Below, piece by piece: positions 1 through 10,031 of a DNA stretch of 20,000 nt. Origin of the DNA: Alloascoidea hylecoeti (lineage: Eukaryota); the NCBI GenBank assembly GCA_001600815.1, contig BCKZ01000028.1, positions 175,049-195,048 on the forward strand. Reading direction: 5' to 3'. The notes below the pieces were generated by a model that had not been told where the DNA came from, made no database searches, and saw only the letters and a list, made by a program, of their open reading frames with translations. Position 1 is the stretch's first letter, and every line of letters begins with the position of its first letter. A program made the translations under genes and the position numbers.

Positions 1-1154
1 TCAGACATGTTAAAATAGCCGCCACGCACTCTTCATTCTTGTAGATTCTTGGCAAAGAATAAAGATAATATCCAAAGCAGGTTCAAATGGTTTAAGTGGT
101 TAGATAAATATAAATACAAGCCATGCAACTTTTATAACGTAGAAGAGACTAGTTAACGTTGTATTCTTGATGATGTTGGAAGTCCGGGAAGGCACTGGCC
201 CCAATGGAATTATCACCATCCACTCATCATGATCAGTTGATCCCTCTTTGAGAGGAACTTGACACGTTGAATGTGCCAATGTGATTCTATTTCCATCATA
301 GTTATTTTTAAGTCAAACAATGGCCGGTATTCATAATCTATAGATATCAGATGGTAAGAGAAGCGAAGATGGTTCGTCACTTGCTTAAGAAGTGGTTTAT
401 TAGTATCTATTTGATTATTGAATGGGTCAAAAACTGTTTCCAAAAAAAGATGAAACTTAATACTTCTCATCTTAGATGGTCTTGGAATGCAATTGCATAA
501 AAATATATACCTATGATGATTTAGAGTCTAACATATATTTTCCAAAAGGGTGGTATTCTTAGTATATAAATTTATAGAAGAGCAAGAAATTAGCCTTAAG
601 TAAAAAACACATCTGGTTTTAGATAACCCATGGCTACCAACTTCATGATTGATCAGTTGTTTATCTCCAAATATGCTAAAGCCTTCACCAGGGAGCTTAG
701 AGACAATCGTTGGAATCGCTCCTTCTATTAGAAAAGGCACAGTAAATGATCGTAAAAACAAATTTGAAATTAATTTCCAAGCCAGAAAAGCCCTTTATTA
801 TAATGGAACGTCTAAAGAAGACATTACTAGTTTATCCACTTGATGATGTATAAAAATAAATAGATTTAAATGTATTTCAAATTTTTAGAAATTTCTGAAA
901 AAATATGTTCATCTTGTTCTGCTGATTTTAGTCTGTCGAATGAAAAATACCCTTGTCAAGGTTATAAGTATAAGATTATGATGTGTTTTCGTACACACAT
1001 TCCAAACAAAAATGTCAATATTATAAGCAGCCACTTAAGTTCTCTAAAAAGCCTCAACTCTTCCTAAAATAGTTCATATTGTTCCGTAAATCATAGAAAT
1101 TCTATTAGGCTATATTTAAAGATATTTTAAGCTCAGTAGGTTGCCTTAACATCC
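1..1154 (-). mobile_element. Degenerate Ty3/gypsy retrotransposon pol relic (PR-RT spacer and reverse transcriptase), frameshifted; runs off the window start
   Basis: Minus-strand translation across frameshifts gives RT motifs in the correct order. RPSK at 482-471 (cf. IRPSKSP). FDLK-NNY..RI at ~317-280 (cf. DLKSGYHQIRI). DHDEWMVIIPLG at 234-199 (cf. GHYEWxVMPFG). LDIIFIL.KNLQE*..VAAILTCL at 75-2 (cf. LDDILIFSKTxEEHxxHVxxVLxxL). The stretch 720-1154 is assigned by position only. Confidence 0.6.
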
Positions 1155-1640
1155 TTAACCCTTCAACCTGCTGTCGCAAATGTTATTCCAAGTGAAGTTT
1201 CTTTTATTTTAGATACAAGACACGTAAAAAATGAAAAATTAACTGAAATGATAAATGAAGCAAAAAATGAATTTCAAAAAATTGTTAATATAAATGAAAA
1301 TTTAAATACGATTAAAAGTTCAAAATCACCATTAAGTGTCGAATTTGAACATATTTATACATCAAATGCTGTTAATTTCAATACAGATTGTATTTCATGT
1401 GTTAAAAAAGCAGCTATTGAAGTTGTTGGTGAGGACAAAACAATTGAAATCATAAGTGGAGCTGGTCATGATTCATGTAGTACAAGTACAAGAGTACCAA
1501 CATCAATGATTTTTGTTCCAAGTAAAGATGGAGTTTCCCATAATTTTGAAGAATATACAAAACCTGAGGAATTAGCTGCTGGGGTTCAAGTTTTATTGAA
1601 GGCTGTGTTACGTTATGATGAGTTGAGAAAAGTTAAATAG
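1155..1640 (+). pseudogene. PYD3: 5'-truncated copy of PYD3 (last 161 codons, LTLQPAVAN...LRKVK)
   Basis: Identical to the C-terminus of the 6142-7476 ORF. An in-frame TAG at 1137 prevents upstream fusion. It lacks the N-terminal GSHLD/EEG metal-binding and catalytic motifs. Confidence 0.88.
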
Positions 1641-1850
1641 ACTAGTTCTGAGTAAATATCATCATGATCTTGTGTGTGTCCCCACATCACCAAGACACCG
1701 AACACACTGGCGAGCATCAAGGCAAACCATTTAATAATGAATAATCATCACCTTAAAATAAAGATAAAAAAGCTGTAAAATAATTTATGGCGAGCTACTT
1801 AAGCATAGTAAAAAAGAATAGAAAAAGAATATACCAAAATTGCTGTTGAG

Positions 1851-1968
1851 CGAACACATCGAACACATCGAACATAAATATTTTGTTAAATTACATATTT
1901 AATTCTCCTCCAATCATTGTAAATAGGGTTTTGATAAAAGAAATGAAAGAAATGAAAGAAATGAGAAT

Positions 1969-2006
<38 letters not shown>

Positions 2007-2012
2007 TTTATG

Positions 2013-2044
<32 letters not shown>
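1851..2044. repeat. Low-complexity tract: (CGAACACAT)~2.7, (GAAATGAAA)n, poly(A)35 at 1970-2004 and poly(A)32 at 2013-2044; mirrored at 5738-5931
   Basis: Read directly from the sequence. Confidence 0.9.
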
Positions 2045-2046
<2 letters not shown>

Positions 2047-2740
2047 AACGACCTTTACTGGAAGTGACTGATATATAAATATAATGATGATTTTCTTATG
2101 AACATTCAAGATTACTTTATATATTTAAAGAAATGGCGATGAAATTTAAGAATTAACTAATAAATTTATAATAAAATAAATTGAGTTTTCTATCTTTAAT
2201 GACCGTTATATTTTAATTAGTCTTAAATAAATAATTCATTTGAATCTGAAATATAACTTATACCAATTAAAAGATAAAGACAATATCTCGTCTGGGAATA
2301 AAAGGATCAGTTGGTGTAAAAAACACCTGATAAAAAAACCCTAGAAAGACTTGCAGTTAGGTTTTTTAGTGAATTGTTGTATCATTATGTATTATTTAAT
2401 GTAACAGAACATTTATAATGGTGGTATAACATATTAGTGTTGGATATTTAGGTCAGAATACTGTTATGTTTAATTATAGGTACTTGACTGGTCCAGTAAT
2501 ATGTTTAAATAAGAGGAATAATATATAAGCAAGATTATATTATATAAAGAAAGAAATTATCGCTCCCTAAAAAGGATATTGAAAGATTCAGAATTGAGAT
2601 TTATTATTCCTGTTTGGTTATTATTAACTTAAGTGACTTCTTATAATATTGACATTTTTATTTATGAAGGATGTGGGTAGGGAAAAACATTGTAACTTTA
2701 AACATTATTACTTTAACAAAAATCTATAAATTATATTCCA

Positions 2741-3676
2741 TTAATCAATATCTATAACAATTGTAGTTTTCCGTTTCTTTTGATTATGTTCTTTTGGTGA
2801 TGTTTCTTCATCAGAACTACTCATTATTATAACATCTTCATCTTCATCAACAGAAATAATATCTTCTTGGTGTGATCTTTTATTCATACCAAAGTTTGAT
2901 TGATTGATTTGAGGTTTAACATTACTTTTATTATGTGATTTCTGTTTCTGTTTCTGTTTCTGTTTCTGTTTCTGTGAGTGAAGTGGTTGTAAATTAGGAA
3001 ATAAAGATCCATTTGGTTCATCTAAGTCAACATAAGTACATGTAGTATGATTCACCGGTATTGATGATTTTGATAATCGTGAACCAGGTGTATAAACTTG
3101 AATATCTCCTTTATTTTGAGTAGGTTGATTATGTTGATTACGCTTAATATTGTTTTTCGTATTGATTTTATTATTATCTGATAATTTAACCATATTTTGT
3201 TCTAAAAGATCAGGGAACTCGGTTTGAAACTCTTGATTTTCAGAGTTCCATGATCTCGAATCTTTTGCAAATTTAATCTTTTGTTGATCCGGTATGTTTG
3301 GTAATGCACCATTAAGCATTTCATTTGAAGCCATAACACTTTGTAAACCTAGTAATATAGTTTCTATTCTCCAACTTGGATTCCAAGTTTCTGGATGAAA
3401 ATCAGATATTGATAAACATAATCTAGTATTTGGACAAAATCTTCCATTTGGTGTAATCATTAAGATTGATGGTGGGTTTAATGGATAATTTGGTGGAAGT
3501 TTTAGCATTCCAAAATACTGTCCATTTGAATATGGTGTATCTGGAGCTCCAGTTAACACATAATACCAAGTCAAAATATCCGATTCTTTTGGTTGAGTTC
3601 TTATTAACGGAGTCGGCGAATTTTGAATGGATTTGTATTCACGGTTTAAACGTGTTATAGTAGTAGGTGAGGCCAT
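2741..3676 (-). CDS. Ubc6/UBE2J-family ubiquitin-conjugating enzyme, copy 1 (311 aa), no C-terminal transmembrane anchor
   Basis: Identical to 4106-5041. UBC6-type motifs: WYYVLTGAPDTPYSNGQY, PPSILMITPNGRF, TRLCLSISDFHPETWNPSW (catalytic Cys). Confidence 0.88.
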   Translation of the reverse strand: MASPTTITRLNREYKSIQNSPTPLIRTQPKESDILTWYYVLTGAPDTPYSNGQYFGMLKLPPNYPLNPPSILMITPNGRFCPNTRLCLSISDFHPETWNPSWRIETILLGLQSVMASNEMLNGALPNIPDQQKIKFAKDSRSWNSENQEFQTEFPDLLEQNMVKLSDNNKINTKNNIKRNQHNQPTQNKGDIQVYTPGSRLSKSSIPVNHTTCTYVDLDEPNGSLFPNLQPLHSQKQKQKQKQKQKSHNKSNVKPQINQSNFGMNKRSHQEDIISVDEDEDVIIMSSSDEETSPKEHNQKKRKTTIVIDID

Positions 3677-3820
3677 ATAATTAATCCTTTATAATTATAT
3701 AAAGGAAATGAAATGTTAAACGGATCGTAATATTTTTTTGATAAATTTAAAAGAAATTAGAAAAGATGATAAAGTTTTAAGATTGATGGTTGCTTGGATG
3801 AGAATTAAATAATTTAAATT

Positions 3821-3961
3821 CCAAAACAATGCTTTGCTTAAATATAGACCACGTTTTAGATACTATATTAGCAAAGTGTGTACATCTATTTTCACCCAGA
3901 TAAAGTGTAGATATTCGCACAAAAGTACATGACCTGCTGTAATTTAAGTTAGATTTTTTGA
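3821..3961. other. 141-bp unique spacer of palindrome 1, centre of the 429-bp divergent upstream region shared by the two E2 copies
   Basis: Perfect symmetry breaks at 3821/3961. ATGs at 3676 (-) and 4106 (+). Confidence 0.9.
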
Positions 3962-4105
3962 AATTTAAATTATTTAATTCTCATCCAAGCAACCATCAAT
4001 CTTAAAACTTTATCATCTTTTCTAATTTCTTTTAAATTTATCAAAAAAATATTACGATCCGTTTAACATTTCATTTCCTTTATATAATTATAAAGGATTA
4101 ATTAT

Positions 4106-5041
4106 ATGGCCTCACCTACTACTATAACACGTTTAAACCGTGAATACAAATCCATTCAAAATTCGCCGACTCCGTTAATAAGAACTCAACCAAAAGAATC
4201 GGATATTTTGACTTGGTATTATGTGTTAACTGGAGCTCCAGATACACCATATTCAAATGGACAGTATTTTGGAATGCTAAAACTTCCACCAAATTATCCA
4301 TTAAACCCACCATCAATCTTAATGATTACACCAAATGGAAGATTTTGTCCAAATACTAGATTATGTTTATCAATATCTGATTTTCATCCAGAAACTTGGA
4401 ATCCAAGTTGGAGAATAGAAACTATATTACTAGGTTTACAAAGTGTTATGGCTTCAAATGAAATGCTTAATGGTGCATTACCAAACATACCGGATCAACA
4501 AAAGATTAAATTTGCAAAAGATTCGAGATCATGGAACTCTGAAAATCAAGAGTTTCAAACCGAGTTCCCTGATCTTTTAGAACAAAATATGGTTAAATTA
4601 TCAGATAATAATAAAATCAATACGAAAAACAATATTAAGCGTAATCAACATAATCAACCTACTCAAAATAAAGGAGATATTCAAGTTTATACACCTGGTT
4701 CACGATTATCAAAATCATCAATACCGGTGAATCATACTACATGTACTTATGTTGACTTAGATGAACCAAATGGATCTTTATTTCCTAATTTACAACCACT
4801 TCACTCACAGAAACAGAAACAGAAACAGAAACAGAAACAGAAATCACATAATAAAAGTAATGTTAAACCTCAAATCAATCAATCAAACTTTGGTATGAAT
4901 AAAAGATCACACCAAGAAGATATTATTTCTGTTGATGAAGATGAAGATGTTATAATAATGAGTAGTTCTGATGAAGAAACATCACCAAAAGAACATAATC
5001 AAAAGAAACGGAAAACTACAATTGTTATAGATATTGATTAA
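4106..5041 (+). CDS. Ubc6/UBE2J-family ubiquitin-conjugating enzyme, copy 2 (311 aa), with SIM- and NLS-like tail
   Basis: UBC fold in the N-terminal ~160 aa with Ubc6 signature TPNGRF..NTRLCLSISDFHPETWNP. Disordered N/Q/K tail ending DIISVDEDEDVIIMSSSDEE...KKRKTTIVIDID. Confidence 0.9.
   Translation: MASPTTITRLNREYKSIQNSPTPLIRTQPKESDILTWYYVLTGAPDTPYSNGQYFGMLKLPPNYPLNPPSILMITPNGRFCPNTRLCLSISDFHPETWNPSWRIETILLGLQSVMASNEMLNGALPNIPDQQKIKFAKDSRSWNSENQEFQTEFPDLLEQNMVKLSDNNKINTKNNIKRNQHNQPTQNKGDIQVYTPGSRLSKSSIPVNHTTCTYVDLDEPNGSLFPNLQPLHSQKQKQKQKQKQKSHNKSNVKPQINQSNFGMNKRSHQEDIISVDEDEDVIIMSSSDEETSPKEHNQKKRKTTIVIDID
4808..4843 (+). repeat. (CAGAAA)6 coding repeat encoding (QK)6; mirrored at 2939-2974
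   Basis: Read directly from the sequence. Confidence 0.95.
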
Positions 5042-5735
5042 TGGAATATAATTTATAGATTTTTGTTAAAGTAATAATGTTTAAAGTTACAATGTTTTTC
5101 CCTACCCACATCCTTCATAAATAAAAATGTCAATATTATAAGAAGTCACTTAAGTTAATAATAACCAAACAGGAATAATAAATCTCAATTCTGAATCTTT
5201 CAATATCCTTTTTAGGGAGCGATAATTTCTTTCTTTATATAATATAATCTTGCTTATATATTATTCCTCTTATTTAAACATATTACTGGACCAGTCAAGT
5301 ACCTATAATTAAACATAACAGTATTCTGACCTAAATATCCAACACTAATATGTTATACCACCATTATAAATGTTCTGTTACATTAAATAATACATAATGA
5401 TACAACAATTCACTAAAAAACCTAACTGCAAGTCTTTCTAGGGTTTTTTTATCAGGTGTTTTTTACACCAACTGATCCTTTTATTCCCAGACGAGATATT
5501 GTCTTTATCTTTTAATTGGTATAAGTTATATTTCAGATTCAAATGAATTATTTATTTAAGACTAATTAAAATATAACGGTCATTAAAGATAGAAAACTCA
5601 ATTTATTTTATTATAAATTTATTAGTTAATTCTTAAATTTCATCGCCATTTCTTTAAATATATAAAGTAATCTTGAATGTTCATAAGAAAATCATCATTA
5701 TATTTATATATCAGTCACTTCCAGTAAAGGTCGTT

Positions 5736-5769
<34 letters not shown>

Positions 5770-5775
5770 CATAAA

Positions 5776-5813
<38 letters not shown>

Positions 5814-6141
5814 ATTCTCATTTCTTTCATTTCTTTCATTTCTTTTATCAAAACCCTATTTACAATGATTGGAGGAGAATTAAATATGTAATTTAACAAA
5901 ATATTTATGTTCGATGTGTTCGATGTGTTCGCTCAACAGCAATTTTGGTATATTCTTTTTCTATTCTTTTTTACTATGCTTAAGTAGCTCGCCATAAATT
6001 ATTTTACAGCTTTTTTATCTTTATTTTAAGGTGATGATTATTCATTATTAAATGGTTTGCCTTGATGCTCGCCAGTGTGTTCGGTGTCTTGGTGATGTGG
6101 GGACACACACAAGATCATGATGATATTTACTCAGAACTAGT

Positions 6142-7476
6142 CTATTTAACTTTTCTCAACTCATCATAACGTAACACAGCCTTCAATAAAACTTGAACCC
6201 CAGCAGCTAATTCCTCAGGTTTTGTATATTCTTCAAAATTATGGGAAACTCCATCTTTACTTGGAACAAAAATCATTGATGTTGGTACTCTTGTACTTGT
6301 ACTACATGAATCATGACCAGCTCCACTTATGATTTCAATTGTTTTGTCCTCACCAACAACTTCAATAGCTGCTTTTTTAACACATGAAATACAATCTGTA
6401 TTGAAATTAACAGCATTTGATGTATAAATATGTTCAAATTCGACACTTAATGGTGATTTTGAACTTTTAATCGTATTTAAATTTTCATTTATATTAACAA
6501 TTTTTTGAAATTCATTTTTTGCTTCATTTATCATTTCAGTTAATTTTTCATTTTTTACGTGTCTTGTATCTAAAATAAAAGAAACTTCACTTGGAATAAC
6601 ATTTGCGACAGCAGGTTGAAGGGTTAAAATTCCAATACTCATTAATCCTTTATATTTATGAGCAATTTCATTTGCTTTTACAATCATTAATGAAGATGCT
6701 AATAAAGCATCTCTTCTTGAATCCATTGGTGTTGTACCTGTATGTTGTGCTTTGCCTTTAACAATAATTTTATACCAAACATAGGCTTGAACCCCTTTAA
6801 CAATACCAATTAATTTCTTTTCATTTTCTAAAATAGGTCCTTGTTCAATATGTAATTCAAAATGAGCAAAAATTGGATTATCAATATATGAAGCAGGAGT
6901 TTCACCTAAATAACCAATTCTAATCAATTCTTCTTTAACAGTTTTTGGTTTTAGATCAGTTACCGATTTAACAGAATACGCATCATTAATTGATAAATTT
7001 TGAGCCCAAACTGATGAAGACATAATACTTATTGGAAATCTTGCACCTTCTTCATTCATCCAATTAATTAAAACAATTGGATAATTTGGTATATAATTAG
7101 CATTTTTTAAAGTTTTTAAAACTTCTAAACCTCCCAAAACACCTAAGATTCCATCATATCTACCACCAGTTGGTTGAGTATCAAGATGAGAACCAATAGC
7201 AGTCGGTGGTACAGAATTATCTTTACCTGGGAAAGTTGCAAAAATATTACCAATTTTGTCAATTTTAACTGAACAACCAATTGATTTTGTTTCATTAATA
7301 AACCAATCTTTGACTAATTTATCTTCATCGGATAAAGCAAGACGACGAACTCCAGTTTGCCAATGTTCAGGACCCCATTTACCCTCAGCACCAAATTTGG
7401 CGGCTGTTGAATGGATTGACTCCAAAAGACGATCTTGAGAAACTAAAAGGACGTTTAGATTTGAAGTTGAAGGCAT
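6142..7476 (-). CDS. PYD3: Beta-alanine synthase / beta-ureidopropionase (M20 hydantoinase-carbamoylase amidase family), 444 aa
   Basis: Motifs GSHLDTQPTGGRYDGILGV, NEEGARFP, HFELHIEQGPILE, HTGTTPM, SGAGHDSC and PSKDGVSHN are typical of yeast Pyd3-type enzymes. Confidence 0.9.
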   Translation of the reverse strand: MPSTSNLNVLLVSQDRLLESIHSTAAKFGAEGKWGPEHWQTGVRRLALSDEDKLVKDWFINETKSIGCSVKIDKIGNIFATFPGKDNSVPPTAIGSHLDTQPTGGRYDGILGVLGGLEVLKTLKNANYIPNYPIVLINWMNEEGARFPISIMSSSVWAQNLSINDAYSVKSVTDLKPKTVKEELIRIGYLGETPASYIDNPIFAHFELHIEQGPILENEKKLIGIVKGVQAYVWYKIIVKGKAQHTGTTPMDSRRDALLASSLMIVKANEIAHKYKGLMSIGILTLQPAVANVIPSEVSFILDTRHVKNEKLTEMINEAKNEFQKIVNINENLNTIKSSKSPLSVEFEHIYTSNAVNFNTDCISCVKKAAIEVVGEDKTIEIISGAGHDSCSTSTRVPTSMIFVPSKDGVSHNFEEYTKPEELAAGVQVLLKAVLRYDELRKVK

Positions 7477-7578
7477 TATTTTTACGGAAATTGTAGTAAA
7501 TAAGAAAGAAAGAAAGAAGATAGAGGAGTAGCAAGTTATGAGATCTTATACTATTAATCACACTATATTAGTGGGTGA

Positions 7579-7614
7579 GATAAGACTCTTTTGATTGGTA
7601 TATCTACACGTGAC
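7579..7614. promoter_or_regulatory. Putative PYD3 upstream elements: GATAAG (7579), CCAAT on the minus strand (7594-7598), GTCACGTG Cbf1-type E-box (7607-7614)
   Basis: Motif matches 100-140 bp upstream of the ATG of a nitrogen-catabolic gene. Short motifs; function unproven. Confidence 0.4.
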
Positions 7615-7842
7615 CTGAATTTTTTGATTTTGTTCCAGGCTAAGATAATTATAATATCCAATTAGTGTGATTTCTATGACGCTAATGTCGGTTATATTCA
7701 TAATTATAATCTAATTATTATCACATACATCATACTTCTAGATCTCACATAATCCGACCTAAACAGTGAGCATTCTCGGTGTTATTACTTGCTTGAACAC
7801 ATCTAAATTTAAAAACTAAAATGGTGTATACAGAAATAACTT

Positions 7843-8110
7843 GTGGGGCGATGTTTAGTTAACGTTCAGTTCATGAAGTAAACTTATGAAACAAACAACC
7901 GGATTCACCGAGGGATTCAAATAGATTCAAACACCCGTTTTTACAACCGAAATATGATCATTTTGCATATATCCTTCTAAATCTGGTGAATAAAAATAAG
8001 GGATTGAAAATATTTTGAGTAAACACTTCCTATTCCAGTAGATCACATATAATTAGCATTAAATCATCTGCAATTAAAACCTGGGGTCATAATAAACACT
8101 CGAGCCCCAC
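7843..8110. promoter_or_regulatory. Three SYGGGG Mig1/CreA-type boxes (7843, 8081, 8105 reverse) in the PYD3 / F-box divergent intergenic region
   Basis: GTGGGG, ATTAAAAC-CTGGGG and CCCCAC in AT-rich DNA. Confidence 0.35.
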
Positions 8111-8318
8111 GATTAGGCCACATTATTATCATTAAAAATCATTACCCCATGGGAATCCCGCAAATCATAGCATCGTGTTTCTCTTAGTATTTCTTAATAT
8201 TGTAAAACTATAAATTCCGTCATTTTCCCCGTTCTTATTTTTCTTCATTATCTTCTTTAAACTTTACCAACTAATACTAATACAACACCCATATAATCCT
8301 ACTAAAAGCCATTTCATA

Positions 8319-10031
8319 ATGAATAATTCATATAACAATAACGATATTTGTTATTTTACATCTATTCCATTTGAAATATTAATTAAAATATTCAAATATT
8401 CCGATTACAAATCATTTATAAATTTAACAACAACCTGTTCTTATTTCTATCAGTTTTCAATGAATGATGAATTTTTAAAATTTATAATAAATTTACATTA
8501 TCCATTTTTAACTATATCTGATGAAAGCGCTTTAAAAGAATCTGCAAAAGATTATTGTTTATCATTTGATAAATATAATGTTAATTATAAAAACAATGAA
8601 AAAAATGAAAATAATTACCAATTTTTTAATCATGAAATTGATGTTAATAAATATTTAAATGAATCATCTATTCCTGATAATAAATTTAATATTAAAATTA
8701 ATCAATTTCCATCAACATTAAAATCAAAAAATGATCTTTTTTATATCCCAGAATGTTTTAGAAAACCAGATACTGAACTATCAGATGGTGAATTATCAAT
8801 AGGAGTTTCATTAACATCACCTCCAATTTTTTCAGAATTATCAATTAGTTTATTAAATCAAACAATAAGTATTCCAACATATAATAATCAAAGAAAATTA
8901 AGTGTTTCATCTTCTTTATCATCTACTTCTGGAATGCTTTATAATCGAAGTTCACCTGGTATATTATTTAAAGAAATAAATTTTAAAAAATCGAAATATA
9001 AAGTTTTCAGACCAATTCCTTCAAATTCAATAGATGGATTAAATTCATGGCAAATTAAAGAAATTGTTGAATTTAATGATTTAAATCTTAAAAGAGTTCG
9101 ACATAAAACTCATTATGATGTATCAATTAATTTACCAAAAGATTCATCAATTGATAATGTTTTAATAAATGATTATTATATATTTATTTTATGGTATAAA
9201 TATGATTATAAATCAAATTCAAATTGCTATAATTTATTAGTTTTATTAAGAAATAATGGTCAACAATTAGGTCAATTAAATAATATTCTAAATGAAAAAA
9301 GTACATTTTCAACAAATTTAACAACTGAAATTATTTTATATTCAACTAAATCACATTTATTTATAACTTTTAAATCAAAAATTTTCTTTTTATCATTTAT
9401 TGAAATTTTTGAAAGAATTGATAAAAATATTAAAATTTCAAATGTTAAAAGATTTGTTAAATGGTTTGATGATGATTATGATCCAAATTTAAATGAAAAT
9501 ATTCAAGATAATGAATCATTATTACCTATAGGTAAAAAATTATTTAATTCAATTCCAAAAATTCAATCAGATTCATCATTTAATATATTTAAATGGAATA
9601 AATTATGTGAAATTGATTTAAAACCAGTAAAATTAATAATTTCAAAAAATTATAAATATTTATTAATTTTAACTGATTCATTTGGTATTGATCCATCAAA
9701 AGTAATTTATTATTTATTTGATTTTCATAATGATGAATTACATGAAATTTCAATCTTAAGAGAAAATGATAAAGGTGATGGTTATTGGGGTTATATGGAA
9801 CGATGGTTTATTGATTCAAATTTGAATATTTATTTATATAATCTTAGATTCTTTGAAAGTTTATGGAATTTATTAGATACTAAATTAATTGAAGATAATC
9901 AACCGGATAAACTTGATGTAATTGGTTGGAAAACAATGGGTTATAATGAACTAAATTATGATATGAATATTATGAGAAGTGAAATGCTCAAAGACAATTT
10001 GAAATTGAAACAAAATATATTCTGCTGTTGA
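8319..10031 (+). CDS. F-box domain protein (570 aa), C-terminal Cys-Cys
   Basis: Long ORF. The N-terminal FTSIPFEILIKIFKYSDYKSFINLTTTCSYFY fits the F-box consensus. The remainder is not recognised. Confidence 0.8.
   Translation: MNNSYNNNDICYFTSIPFEILIKIFKYSDYKSFINLTTTCSYFYQFSMNDEFLKFIINLHYPFLTISDESALKESAKDYCLSFDKYNVNYKNNEKNENNYQFFNHEIDVNKYLNESSIPDNKFNIKINQFPSTLKSKNDLFYIPECFRKPDTELSDGELSIGVSLTSPPIFSELSISLLNQTISIPTYNNQRKLSVSSSLSSTSGMLYNRSSPGILFKEINFKKSKYKVFRPIPSNSIDGLNSWQIKEIVEFNDLNLKRVRHKTHYDVSINLPKDSSIDNVLINDYYIFILWYKYDYKSNSNCYNLLVLLRNNGQQLGQLNNILNEKSTFSTNLTTEIILYSTKSHLFITFKSKIFFLSFIEIFERIDKNIKISNVKRFVKWFDDDYDPNLNENIQDNESLLPIGKKLFNSIPKIQSDSSFNIFKWNKLCEIDLKPVKLIISKNYKYLLILTDSFGIDPSKVIYYLFDFHNDELHEISILRENDKGDGYWGYMERWFIDSNLNIYLYNLRFFESLWNLLDTKLIEDNQPDKLDVIGWKTMGYNELNYDMNIMRSEMLKDNLKLKQNIFCC

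Larger units (their letters stand above)
1155..3820. repeat. Left arm of palindrome 1 (2666 bp), reverse complement of 3962-6627
   Basis: Mirror coordinates sum to 7782 (ORFs 2741/5041, 3676/4106, 1640/6142). The match starts at ttaaccctt (1155) and ends at aatttaaatt (3820). The A35 and T35 tracts have identical lengths. Confidence 0.97.
3962..6627. repeat. Right arm of palindrome 1
   Basis: Reverse complement of 1155-3820; ends inside the PYD3 CDS. Confidence 0.97.

Noticed and set aside
1..950. Left flank as an older plus-strand E2 pseudogene
   Set aside because: Only faint similarity beyond the 90-bp match; the minus-strand RT motifs explain the region better
1155..1158. TTAA at the left junction as a piggyBac target site
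   Set aside because: No TTAA at the right junction, no TIRs and no transposase; the TTAA is part of the PYD3 coding sequence
1970..2044. Poly(A) tracts as the tail of a PYD3 retrocopy
   Set aside because: They are in sense orientation, but PYD3 keeps a plausible native promoter, no TSD is visible, and poly(dA:dT) is common in AT-rich yeast intergenic DNA
1883..2071. Poly-Lys ORFs (1883-2071 and 5711-5899)
   Set aside because: Translation of poly(A) tracts with a non-ATG start
3466..4316. Short ORFs antisense to or overlapping real genes (3466-3660, 4122-4316, also 7256-7438, 14610-14852, 14843-15091, 15105-15290, 18726-18911)
   Set aside because: Shadow frames of the E2, PYD3 and MIH1 genes with no independent motifs
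1155..6627. MAT flip-flop or Komagataella-type IR centromere
   Set aside because: No MAT genes. The loops are only 141 and 90 bp and the arms consist of genes. The two palindromes are unrelated in sequence.
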